From positions 2,010,001 through 2,042,000 of the forward strand of contig NZ_LT906458.1 of assembly GCF_900187275.1 (NCBI RefSeq): a stretch of DNA of 32,000 bases, given 5' to 3'. The position numbers and the translations under genes were made by a program. Below are positions 1-9,059 of the stretch, in pieces. The notes under the pieces were generated by a model. That model did no database searches, had not been told where the DNA came from, and saw only the letters and a list, made by a program, of their open reading frames with translations. The stretch comes from Pasteurella multocida (GTDB lineage: Bacteria > Pseudomonadota > Gammaproteobacteria > Enterobacterales > Pasteurellaceae). Position 1 is the first letter of the stretch; each line of letters opens with the position of its first letter.

Positions 1-14
1 TTAATTCCCAAAAG

Positions 15-42
15 AAAGGCTTGGTTATCCAAGCCTTTTTTC
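15..42 (+). terminator. Rho-independent terminator
   Basis: 10-bp perfect stem AAAGGCTTGG-TTAT-CCAAGCCTTT followed by a T run; probably ends a gene left of the window. Confidence 0.75.
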
Positions 43-371
43 TTACTTACACATAAAAGTGCGGTTTATTTTTATAAAATTTTATTATCCAGCGGTATCG
101 CCTTAATGTTTTGTTATGGGCTGTTGTGATCAGTACTAAACCTTGCTTAGCTCCCTCATTCTACGCTCTTTGCGTTCACTTTCCTTTGCTTAAGATTCTT
201 TTCTCATTTTATTTCGTGATCCCTATCAATAAAATATGATTTTTAAATTCCTAAATTAAGCTGAACCACGCATACTGAGTGCAAGATTTTTTTGATAGTA
301 AAGTGTCAAGATTATTAAAAAATATCTTGTTTTGGTCAGTAGTTAACATTTAAGACATTGAGGAGCTGATT

Positions 372-1670
372 ATGGTGGCATTGAAAGCAATTATTGCGCT
401 TACTGGCATTATTGTTGCTGTCTATTTATTAATAAAGAAATATGAAACACGCACAGTATTAATTGGTGTAGGGTTGTTCATGGCGATTGCAACACTTAAC
501 CCAATGGGGGCACTCGATGCATTTGCGAAAAGCATGACATCGGCAGGGCTAATTATGGCAATTTGTTCGAGTATGGGCTTTGCTTATGTGATGAAATATA
601 CGCAATGCGATACGCATTTAGTCCATTTATTAACAAAACCATTAAGTGGCTTGAAGTTTTTCTTAATTCCTATCGCCACAATCATTACCTTCTTTATTAA
701 CATTGCGATTCCTTCTGCAGCAGGTTGTGCGGCAGCCGTGGGGGCGACGCTCATTCCAGTATTAAAAAGTTCCGGTGTTCGTCCAGCAACAGCTGGGGCA
801 GCAATTCTTGCGGGAACGTTTGGATCGATGATGAGTCCGGGATCGTCGCATTCAGCCATGTTAAGTGAAATGTCAGGTTTAACGGTGACACAAGTTAACT
901 TATCTCATGCGCCTTATACGATGATTGCAGGGGCGATCGGGGCCGTGATGTTAACGATTTTAGCGATTGTGTTTAAAGATTATGGGGAAGAACACCGTCA
1001 AGCGTATTTGCTTGAAAATAAAGAGAGTGAGCAAAATGCAGAAAATATGAAAGTGAATATTTTTTATGCATTAGCACCATTAGTACCTTTAGTGATTTTA
1101 GTTATTGGTGGAACATCTTTACAAAAAATGCCGGGTTTAGAATGGACGAAGATGGGTGTACCACAAGCGATGTTAATTGGTTCATTATATGCTGTTGTGA
1201 TGACACGCATTTCACCGGTCAAAATTACAAATGAGTTCTTTAATGGAATGGGTAATTCTTATGCGAATGTGTTAGGTATCATCATTGCGGCAAGCGTCTT
1301 TGTTGCGGGTTTAAAATCAACAGGAGCCATTGATAGCGCGATTGAATTCCTGAAACATTCAAATGAATTTGTGCGTTGGGGAGCAACCATAGGACCATTC
1401 TTAATGGGCATTGTGACCGGATCGGGAGATGCTGCCGCGATTGCGTTCAATACCGCGGTGACGCCTCATGCAGTCGAATTAGGTTATACCCATGTTAATT
1501 TAGGTATGGCTGCCGCGATTGCGGGGGCAATTGGACGTACAGCCTCTCCAATTGCTGGCGTGACAATTGTCTGTGCAGGTTTAGCGATGGTTAGTCCGGT
1601 TGAAATGGTCAAACGCACTGCACCAGGCATGATTCTCGCGATCTTATTTTTAGCATTGTTTATGTTGTAA
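372..1670 (+). CDS. DcuC-family anaerobic C4-dicarboxylate / related anion transporter
   Basis: 432-aa highly hydrophobic ORF with DcuC-like segments (IPSAAGCAAAVGATLIPVL, GTFGSMMSPGSSHSAMLSE); GAGGAG ribosome-binding site just upstream of ATG. Confidence 0.85.
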   Translation: MVALKAIIALTGIIVAVYLLIKKYETRTVLIGVGLFMAIATLNPMGALDAFAKSMTSAGLIMAICSSMGFAYVMKYTQCDTHLVHLLTKPLSGLKFFLIPIATIITFFINIAIPSAAGCAAAVGATLIPVLKSSGVRPATAGAAILAGTFGSMMSPGSSHSAMLSEMSGLTVTQVNLSHAPYTMIAGAIGAVMLTILAIVFKDYGEEHRQAYLLENKESEQNAENMKVNIFYALAPLVPLVILVIGGTSLQKMPGLEWTKMGVPQAMLIGSLYAVVMTRISPVKITNEFFNGMGNSYANVLGIIIAASVFVAGLKSTGAIDSAIEFLKHSNEFVRWGATIGPFLMGIVTGSGDAAAIAFNTAVTPHAVELGYTHVNLGMAAAIAGAIGRTASPIAGVTIVCAGLAMVSPVEMVKRTAPGMILAILFLALFML

Positions 1671-1690
1671 TCATAAAGAGGAGCGATTCA

Positions 1691-2959
1691 ATGAGTATAA
1701 CACTTGAACAACTCATCCAATGGCGTCGTGAATTTCACCGTTTTCCAGAGATTGGTTGGTCTGAGTTTTGGACGACGAGTCGTATTGCAGATTATCTTGA
1801 GGAAATGGGATTTGACATTTTATTGGGTGATAAAATTATCAATCCTGAATTTGTACGTGGTCGCCAGCAAGCGGTTGTCGAAGCAGGGTTAGCCAAAGCA
1901 ATAGCGTATGGCGCAAAAGCAAAATGGCTTGACCAAATGAAGGGTTATACGGGGTGTGTAGCAGTATTAGATACAGGCAAACCGGGTAAAACAGTCGCAT
2001 TACGTTTTGATATTGACTGTGTTAATGTTAGCGAAACCACCCATCCTGAACATATACCAAATCAATATGGTTTTGCTTCGTTGAATGATGGTTTTATGCA
2101 TGCTTGTGGACATGATGCTCATATTACCATTGGATTAGGTACGGCTAAATGGTTAGCCGAAAACAAAGATAAACTGCGTGGTAAAATTAAAATTGTTTTT
2201 CAGCCTGCTGAAGAAGGGGTACGGGGGGCTGCCGCGATTGCAGCGAGTGGCATCATTGATGATGCGGATTATTTCGCTAGTTCACATATTAGTTTCTGTG
2301 CGGATACGGGGACAGTCATCTCAAATCCTAGAAATTTCTTATCGACGACTAAAATTGACATTCGTTATCAAGGTAAGCCGGCACATGCTGGCGCTGCGCC
2401 ACATTTAGGTCATAATGCGTTACTTGCTGCGGCACACACAGTCACTCAGCTTCATGGTATTGCACGCCATGGTGAAGGGATGACACGGATTAATGTGGGC
2501 GTGCTCAATGCGGGTGAAGGACGCAACGTTATCCCAGCAACCGCACAACTTCAATTAGAAGTGCGAGGCGAAAATAAAGCCATTAATGAATATATGGTGG
2601 CGCAAGTCATGCAAATGGCGAAGGGGATCGCGATCGGCTTTGATGTTAGCTATGAAACGGAAATCATGGGAGAAGCCGTCGATATGGTGAATGATGAAGA
2701 GCTTATTCAACTTGTCGAGAATATTGCATTACAGCAAGCGGATATTAAACAAGTTAATGCAGATTATGCCTTTAATGCGAGTGAAGATGCGACGATTTTA
2801 GGACGTCGTGTACAAGAGCAAGGAGGTAAAGCCATTTATTTTATCCTTGGTGCAGATCGTACTGCTGGACATCATCAAGCTGAGTTTGATTTTGATGAAA
2901 CACAGTTATTAACTGGTGTGAATATCTACACGGCATTGCTTCAACATTTACTGGCTTAA
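1691..2959 (+). CDS. M20-family amidohydrolase, AbgA-like (p-aminobenzoyl-glutamate hydrolase type)
   Basis: 422-aa ORF with M20 motifs HACGHDAHITIGLG, FQPAEEGVRGA, RVNVGVMxxG-like RINVGVLNAGEGRNVIPATA, and TAGHHQAEFDFDE; overall resemblance to AbgA; 20 bp after the DcuC-like gene. Confidence 0.85.
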   Translation: MSITLEQLIQWRREFHRFPEIGWSEFWTTSRIADYLEEMGFDILLGDKIINPEFVRGRQQAVVEAGLAKAIAYGAKAKWLDQMKGYTGCVAVLDTGKPGKTVALRFDIDCVNVSETTHPEHIPNQYGFASLNDGFMHACGHDAHITIGLGTAKWLAENKDKLRGKIKIVFQPAEEGVRGAAAIAASGIIDDADYFASSHISFCADTGTVISNPRNFLSTTKIDIRYQGKPAHAGAAPHLGHNALLAAAHTVTQLHGIARHGEGMTRINVGVLNAGEGRNVIPATAQLQLEVRGENKAINEYMVAQVMQMAKGIAIGFDVSYETEIMGEAVDMVNDEELIQLVENIALQQADIKQVNADYAFNASEDATILGRRVQEQGGKAIYFILGADRTAGHHQAEFDFDETQLLTGVNIYTALLQHLLA

Positions 2960-3003
2960 TATTGACCGGGCGTATTATCCGTTTTAATGCTTGGTATGTA
3001 TAA

Positions 3004-3034
3004 AAAAATAGCTGTGTTTCACACAGCTATTTTT
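3004..3034. terminator. Bidirectional terminator between convergent genes
   Basis: AAAAATAGCTGTGT-TTC-ACACAGCTATTTT hairpin with A/T flanks between the convergent 1691..2959 (+) and 3044..6874 (-) ORFs. Confidence 0.8.
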
Positions 3035-3043
3035 GTGTTTATT

Positions 3044-6000
3044 TTAGAATGTGACATTGAACCCAACACTACCACCCCAGTATGCATTTCCTGATAATCC
3101 ACGACCTACATAAGGTGTGAGATCAATACTGCTTTTGGCGCTAATGTTATAACGTAGTGTACTGCTAATATCCCCACGTAACCATTTAAAATCGCCTTGC
3201 ATTTTCACATCACCAATGCCATCAGCTTTAGCCTGATAGTGTGGATTTTTTAATGAAAGCGCATATTCAATTTCGGCTTTAGGCTCCCAAAAGAGTTGGT
3301 TTGTTAACGGAATCGACGTTGTTATACCCAACATGGCAGCTGTATGGCGGAATTTAAGTGGTGCATAAGAAACTGGAAAAGTCACGCTTTCTTCTTGATA
3401 GCCATGTTGTTTTACTTCCGTATATTTTAACCCTGTGTATAAACCGGCATGACCACCACTCAAAATATGTGCATTGGCACCGGCGAGTAATGCGACAGAT
3501 TGGCTAGAAACGTTTGTTTTACCCTTCGCTTGTTCTGTGCCCTCAATTGCCTGACGCTCAATCTCAACCTGATAACGATTCACTGCACCTGTCGCACGGA
3601 GATACCAATGTCCATTTTCTACTGCTTGTTTCCATTGTGCATATAAACCAATCCCTAAATTATCACTTGTCCGTTTGTAACCATTGACTTGTTTACTATA
3701 TGGAGTATGGAAAAGTGCGGTACCAAGTGCAAAATTTTCATTCATGACATAACCAATATTGAGCTGAGTGAGCAAGCTACGATCTTGTTTCTCTGCATCG
3801 ACAGTAGCTTTAGTACGTACAAAAATGCGTCCAGCCTGACCTGTTGCGTACAATTTACTTGGCTGAGTTTGACGATTGAGATGACTTGGTAAAGTGCTTT
3901 TCGCTTCAACGAAAGTATTTCTGAAATCAATACGACTGTAATCGGCTAAGGCATAAGCATTGGAATCTATTGCATCAAAGCCAGAAAAACTCTCAGTTAA
4001 TGAACTGAGTAGTCGGTTTTGGCTAGAAATCGTTGCCAATGCACGAGTACCTAACCGTCCCATTGTCTCTCTGGTGTCTTGAATTGACACTGGATCGCTC
4101 ACTTTAGGGATAGCCTGTGTATAATCAAGTTTCCACACGGTTGCTTTTTGAATTGGACGATTAAAATCATCCGTTAAGTCTGTTTCTGACACCCCAACAG
4201 CAATTGTTCCATCATGATTGAGTCCGTAAATTGCCCCTTCACCGATGCCTTCCGTTTTTAAGGTGCTGAGTACAACAGGTTTTTGGGTACTGTCATACCA
4301 TATCACTGGGCGACTAACACAATTATCATCTGGTCGATCTGTGGTTGCACAACCTTGATCAATGGCTGCGGTACCCCCAATAATATTGCCTTGTGCATTC
4401 AAGGCATAAGCAAAACTCGAACCCGCATCATGTTGATCGGACGTATAGTTGGTTAAGGATTTTAAATAGGTATGATGCCAGTTTTCGCTTCGTCCTTTGT
4501 TTTGCCCATTATTTTTCCATAAGACAGCTTGGTTTTGTTTCACATTCGGACTGACTTGTGTATAACCTATCGCCACTGAGCCATCTGCGTTCAATGCATG
4601 TACAGCACCATTAAAGTTGTGTTTCGTGTCCACATTTAAACGCGTGACTTTCCAGTCCTCAGAACCATCATCTGTCCAAATCGCAGGGCGTTGATTTTTA
4701 ATAGACTGTCTTTCTAAGCGTTTTCCAATAAAATCGGCACTGCCTGCAATCACTTGACCGTCATGACTAATGGTTCGGGCATCAGCGGATGGTGTATAGT
4801 AAGTGCTATTGCTAAAAGGTGTTTCTAAGCGAATCGGTTTACTACCTTCCTGCCATTGTGTTCCCTCTCGTTTCCATAATACGGCTTGTTTCGCTCGTGG
4901 ATCAAAAGTGTAATCGATTGGCGCGATACTTTGTCCTACGGCAAAGGCACCATCGGCACTTAGTGCACTGACTTTACCTGACACCTGTGTGGGATTATCA
5001 ATCAGATTATTCACCGCACCCATCCCATTTAGCCCAAGTGTATCGAGGCGAGTTGGATGGTCGTGACCGTTTTGCCAAATTGCAGGGTACTTAGAAATCA
5101 CTTTTCGGTTGTCTGCTTTGCGGAAGTAATGACTACGCGCTTCGCCACCATAAGTGAGCCCATCATGGCTGATCGCCCACACAGCAGCATGGTTTGTGTT
5201 GCCTTCAAAATTGCGTAACGCAATAGTTTGCCCCTCTTTCCAAATGGTTGCCGCACCGCCGCGTTCTGTACGGCTTTCACCTATTCCGCCGATGACGCGT
5301 CCATCACCAGAAATTGTCATCGCAAAAGAATAGCCCAGGACGGTTGAGGTCGGGGTTTCTACTGAACTGACCGTATAAGTAATAGGTGCTTGCTCAGGTG
5401 TTGATGGTAACGTATTCAGCTTTGGTGTATCTGGTTGCGTCGGCTTAGGTGATGTCGGCGCTTCAGGGAGCGGTGTTTTGGGATAAGTAATTTTCCATAC
5501 CACGGCTTTTTGTGTTCTGGCATAGCCATCTGTCAAATCAGTATCAGCGACACCGACTGCAATGGTACCATCATCATTGAGAGCATAGACCGCACCATTG
5601 CCCGAACCATCCGCTTTTAAGGTATTTAATTCTAGCGGTTTGCTAGTAGTGTTATACCATACAACAGGACGTGCGATGCAGTTATCATCTGGTTTTTCAG
5701 TTGTGGCACAATCTTGTTCAGTGGTGGCAATTCCCCCGACAATAGAACCATCTTTATTTAAACTATAAGCAAAACTGGAACCAGCATCATGTTCTTCCGC
5801 ACGATGATGTGTGAGGGATTTTAAATAAGTAAAAGTCCAGTTTTCACTGACGGATTTATCTTGTCCGTTATTTTTCCATACGACCGCTTGATTACGTTTT
5901 ACATCTGTTGTGGTTTGCGTATAACCTGCCACGGTGATGCCATCCGCGCTAATGGCATGTGCCATGCCGTTAAAATTATCATGCTCTTCAACAGGTAAAC

Positions 6001-6874
6001 GAGTGACTTTCCAATCGCTTAAATTTTCACTTGTCCAAATAGTAGGGCGTTGATCTTTACTAAATGACGTATTTTTATTGACCGCTTTAATCCAATCTGC
6101 GCTACCGGCAATGACATTTCCAGCATGACTAATGGCATTGGCATTCGCACTTGGGGCGTAATAATCACTTTTTTCATAAGGAGTAGGCAATATTTCTGGT
6201 TTCGTACCTGTTATCCAACCGTTTTCTCCACGTTTCCAAAGTACCGCCAATGTTGTGCTACTTTCATTGTAGCTGTCTTTTTCTGGAATACTCTGTCCTA
6301 TCGCAATCGATCCATTTGCACTGAGCGCATTGACTTTGCCTGATACGGTTGTATTGTCACCTGCTCGATTGCCAATGGTACCGAGCCCCCCTTGTCTTAT
6401 TGTCGCTAGACGAATTGGTTTGTCATTGTCGGCTAACCAAATAGCCGGAAATCTTGCTTTGAAATCCCTTGTTGTAAAACCTGCTTTTCCTCGATAGCTA
6501 TACAGTGCTTCACCGGCATAAGTTGAACCATCGTGGCTAACTGCCCAAATGGCCGCATTATTTGCTTTATAGGATGTTGGATGTACCTTTGTTTCGTCGT
6601 AGTAGGCTCTCCCAAAATTCATGAATTCTTTTATCGTTCCATTTTGCCAAATGACGGCAGCACCTGCGCGCTCATGGCTACCTTCGCCAATCCCGCCGAT
6701 CACGTTACCGTCACCAGAAATGGCACGTGCGCTAGAGAAGTAAAAGTTTTTAGCTGAGTTTATGTCATTTGTTAGTAATGTCGGTGTCATTGATTCAGCG
6801 TGAGTTGTGAAAGGCAGAAAAAACGTTGAAATGAAGAGGGAAAGGTAAGTTCGTTGATATTGTCTGTTGTTCAT
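3044..6874 (-). CDS. Autotransporter with duplicated HAF-type repeat passenger and C-terminal beta-barrel
   Basis: 1276-aa ORF; signal peptide MNNRQYQRTYLSLFISTFFLPFTTHA; repeated motifs of the type ALSxDGxxAVG (HAF extracellular repeat-like); C-terminal region with amphipathic strands ending in GGSVGFNVTF (terminal aromatic F). Confidence 0.85.
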   Translation of the reverse strand: MNNRQYQRTYLSLFISTFFLPFTTHAESMTPTLLTNDINSAKNFYFSSARAISGDGNVIGGIGEGSHERAGAAVIWQNGTIKEFMNFGRAYYDETKVHPTSYKANNAAIWAVSHDGSTYAGEALYSYRGKAGFTTRDFKARFPAIWLADNDKPIRLATIRQGGLGTIGNRAGDNTTVSGKVNALSANGSIAIGQSIPEKDSYNESSTTLAVLWKRGENGWITGTKPEILPTPYEKSDYYAPSANANAISHAGNVIAGSADWIKAVNKNTSFSKDQRPTIWTSENLSDWKVTRLPVEEHDNFNGMAHAISADGITVAGYTQTTTDVKRNQAVVWKNNGQDKSVSENWTFTYLKSLTHHRAEEHDAGSSFAYSLNKDGSIVGGIATTEQDCATTEKPDDNCIARPVVWYNTTSKPLELNTLKADGSGNGAVYALNDDGTIAVGVADTDLTDGYARTQKAVVWKITYPKTPLPEAPTSPKPTQPDTPKLNTLPSTPEQAPITYTVSSVETPTSTVLGYSFAMTISGDGRVIGGIGESRTERGGAATIWKEGQTIALRNFEGNTNHAAVWAISHDGLTYGGEARSHYFRKADNRKVISKYPAIWQNGHDHPTRLDTLGLNGMGAVNNLIDNPTQVSGKVSALSADGAFAVGQSIAPIDYTFDPRAKQAVLWKREGTQWQEGSKPIRLETPFSNSTYYTPSADARTISHDGQVIAGSADFIGKRLERQSIKNQRPAIWTDDGSEDWKVTRLNVDTKHNFNGAVHALNADGSVAIGYTQVSPNVKQNQAVLWKNNGQNKGRSENWHHTYLKSLTNYTSDQHDAGSSFAYALNAQGNIIGGTAAIDQGCATTDRPDDNCVSRPVIWYDSTQKPVVLSTLKTEGIGEGAIYGLNHDGTIAVGVSETDLTDDFNRPIQKATVWKLDYTQAIPKVSDPVSIQDTRETMGRLGTRALATISSQNRLLSSLTESFSGFDAIDSNAYALADYSRIDFRNTFVEAKSTLPSHLNRQTQPSKLYATGQAGRIFVRTKATVDAEKQDRSLLTQLNIGYVMNENFALGTALFHTPYSKQVNGYKRTSDNLGIGLYAQWKQAVENGHWYLRATGAVNRYQVEIERQAIEGTEQAKGKTNVSSQSVALLAGANAHILSGGHAGLYTGLKYTEVKQHGYQEESVTFPVSYAPLKFRHTAAMLGITTSIPLTNQLFWEPKAEIEYALSLKNPHYQAKADGIGDVKMQGDFKWLRGDISSTLRYNISAKSSIDLTPYVGRGLSGNAYWGGSVGFNVTF
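5395..5490 (-). repeat. Proline/threonine-rich linker separating the two halves of the passenger
   Basis: Encodes PKTPLPEAPTSPKPTQPDTPKLNTLPSTPEQAP between two homologous ~400-aa units. Confidence 0.7.
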
Positions 6875-6891
6875 AGCTCACTCCAATTAAT

Positions 6892-6931
6892 AATAGGATT
6901 GATATATAAAATTATATATAGCGATCCTATT
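6892..6931. promoter_or_regulatory. 40-bp imperfect palindrome upstream of the autotransporter gene
   Basis: AATAGGATTGATATATAAAATTATATATAGCGATCCTATT; by hand count 17 of 20 symmetric pairs are complementary; lies 18 bp upstream of the ATG, just beyond the GGAGTGA Shine-Dalgarno. Confidence 0.55.
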
Positions 6932-7005
6932 TCTTGTGCTATGAATGTCAAGATGAGTGTTATGGATTTGTTAAATAGATCACAAAATAACCAAAAAATT
7001 GTGAT

Positions 7006-7031
7006 AAAGTAGCCAACAAAGTGGCTACTTT
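7006..7031. terminator. Possible terminator downstream of the TonB receptor gene
   Basis: AAAGTAGCCA-ACAAAG-TGGCTACTTT inverted repeat, only a short T run on the minus strand. Confidence 0.45.
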
Positions 7032-7042
7032 TCTATAACAAG

Positions 7043-9049
7043 TTAGAACATATATTTGACATTAGCAAAGTACACTCGACCTTCTTCTGGCATACCATAA
7101 GTGTAGTAATAGTTTTTATCAAAAATATTATTGATTCCTGCATCAATGACAAAGTTGGATGTAGCTTGATAAGTCAATTTAGTATTGGTTACTCCAAATC
7201 CAGCCACTTTGGTTGTATTCGCTTTGATTTGTCTATTAGGGATACGGTCAAGACTATAACGTCCAGTTTCAGCTTCTTGACTGACATAAAGTGAAAGGTT
7301 TGGTAAGACTTTCCAATCGGCATATACAAAGACTTTATGTCTTGGGATATGGTGAATAATCATCTCTTTATGCGTACGGTTTTTCGCCCGTAAATACGTA
7401 TAGTTTGCCCCTAAAGTCAGGTTATCCGTGACAAAAGCTGTGGCAGCCAACTCAATCCCTTTGCGAATTTCTTTACCATAATTCTGATTTTGTTTTAAAT
7501 TATCTGGATGATTAGGAATAACTACTTCTTCAATCGCATCATGAACATCGCTATAGAACAATGCGCCTTCTAAACGTAACCAGTCATTGAAAGTACGTAA
7601 ATAACTTACTTCATAGTGATAGGCTGTTTCAGGTCCAAGGAATGGATTAGGTTCTACACTACCAAATCGACGAGAATAGCGTTCTTTCATTGTGGGTAGG
7701 TGTGTCTTTTTCGCAAAGCTGGCAGCAAATTCATCATTTTTATCAAAGCGATGGCTTAATTTGATTTGATAATTCAGTGCGTGTTGATTGCCCAGTTTGA
7801 ATGGATTAATTGATTTTGGGGCATTTTTGCCTTTTGATTTTACATCAAACTTCTCAGCACGATTGGCTTTACGATAATCATAGCTGATCCCTGATATCAA
7901 TTGCGTATTGCTTGCTAATTGATAGGTATGTTCTAGTCCAATACTGTAAGTTTGATCTTTATTTTTTGTCACCGGATCATTGTTGTCATGTTCTCGGTGT
8001 ATATCTGCTTTATAGTTTAGTGCCAATTTTAAGGTGTGTTGTGTGGTTAAGTCCGCGCCCAATTCAATACCTGCGCCATAGGAATAATCGCGGTAGTAGC
8101 TAGTATCAGCAGTAGTAAAAGTCGCATCTTTAAACATGTCTAAGTCATTTTTGAAAGTATCATAGAATACTTTGCTATTGATATAGGCATTATGTGGGGC
8201 AAATTGAGTATGTGATAAGAAATAGAGGCTGTCTTTATCCCATGCATTCCAACGCCAAAAACGCCCTGCACTTTGGTGTTCGCCAGCATAGAAGGGCTGT
8301 TCTTTTTTTGCTTTTTGTGTGCTTAGCACGAAGGCATATTCATCGGTATTATTTGGCGTATAAGCCAGTTTTAAACTTAATTTTTTATCACGATGCACCG
8401 ATTGCTCAGCTCGTCCACCGTCTTCCAAGCTTTTACCTTGCTGTTTATAGTGATGAGAAAGTTGTAACCCTTGTCGCTCAACAAAGCTGCCGTTGATCTG
8501 AGCATAAAATTGTTCTTGCTTGCTACCTAGGCTGAAATAAGTTTGGTTGGTACTTGTTTTGGCATCGCGTCCTTTTTGAAAGCCATAACCAAGTGTACCT
8601 TCTAGTGGTTTAGTTGGTTTACGACTGATTAAATTAATTGCCCCGCCCATCGTATTTGGACCATATAGCACGGCGCTTGCGCCTTTAGAAATATCAATAC
8701 GTGAGAGATCAAAAGTGCTGAAACGACCTAAGTCCATATTGCCATCATAAGGCACATATACAGGGATACCATCAATGTATATAGGGACACGACGAGCATC
8801 AAAGCCTCGTACATTAATGTTTTGCTCACTGCGTGCGCCAATACGTTCAAAACTTACTCCTGGTGTTATTTTGGCGACTTTAGCAACATTCGTAATATTG
8901 TTTTTCTCGAGCGCTTGGTATTCAAGGCGTGTCGTGGTGAGATCGCTACTGTTATCCGCAATGACTTCAATTTGTCCAAGTTGAAAGATATGTGCATAAC
9001 TTGATGCGCAAACGAGCGTAATTACACTATAAAGAAAAGTTTTTTGCAT
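7043..9049 (-). CDS. TonB-dependent outer membrane receptor (FecA/siderophore-type)
   Basis: Plug and barrel features: GQIEVIAD TonB-box-like segment, NVRGFDARRVPIYIDGIPVYVPYDGNMDLGRF, LYGPNTMGGAINLISRKP, C-terminal INNIFDKNYYYTYGMPEEGRVYFANVKYMF. The ORF track starts at 9124, but the internal ATG at 9049 (MQKTFLYSVITLVCASSYA) has AAGGA upstream and a good signal peptide. Confidence 0.93.
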   Translation of the reverse strand: MQKTFLYSVITLVCASSYAHIFQLGQIEVIADNSSDLTTTRLEYQALEKNNITNVAKVAKITPGVSFERIGARSEQNINVRGFDARRVPIYIDGIPVYVPYDGNMDLGRFSTFDLSRIDISKGASAVLYGPNTMGGAINLISRKPTKPLEGTLGYGFQKGRDAKTSTNQTYFSLGSKQEQFYAQINGSFVERQGLQLSHHYKQQGKSLEDGGRAEQSVHRDKKLSLKLAYTPNNTDEYAFVLSTQKAKKEQPFYAGEHQSAGRFWRWNAWDKDSLYFLSHTQFAPHNAYINSKVFYDTFKNDLDMFKDATFTTADTSYYRDYSYGAGIELGADLTTQHTLKLALNYKADIHREHDNNDPVTKNKDQTYSIGLEHTYQLASNTQLISGISYDYRKANRAEKFDVKSKGKNAPKSINPFKLGNQHALNYQIKLSHRFDKNDEFAASFAKKTHLPTMKERYSRRFGSVEPNPFLGPETAYHYEVSYLRTFNDWLRLEGALFYSDVHDAIEEVVIPNHPDNLKQNQNYGKEIRKGIELAATAFVTDNLTLGANYTYLRAKNRTHKEMIIHHIPRHKVFVYADWKVLPNLSLYVSQEAETGRYSLDRIPNRQIKANTTKVAGFGVTNTKLTYQATSNFVIDAGINNIFDKNYYYTYGMPEEGRVYFANVKYMF

Positions 9050-9059
9050 AAGAGATCCT

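Noticed and set aside
3689-6757. Short plus/minus ORFs of 60-74 aa inside the autotransporter gene (e.g. 3689..3892, 6125..6343, 5098..5280)
   Set aside because: Antisense or out-of-frame to a long, clearly coding, motif-rich ORF; no Shine-Dalgarno or protein-like composition.
7912-9004. Plus-strand ORFs inside the TonB receptor gene
   Set aside because: Antisense shadow ORFs of a well-supported CDS.
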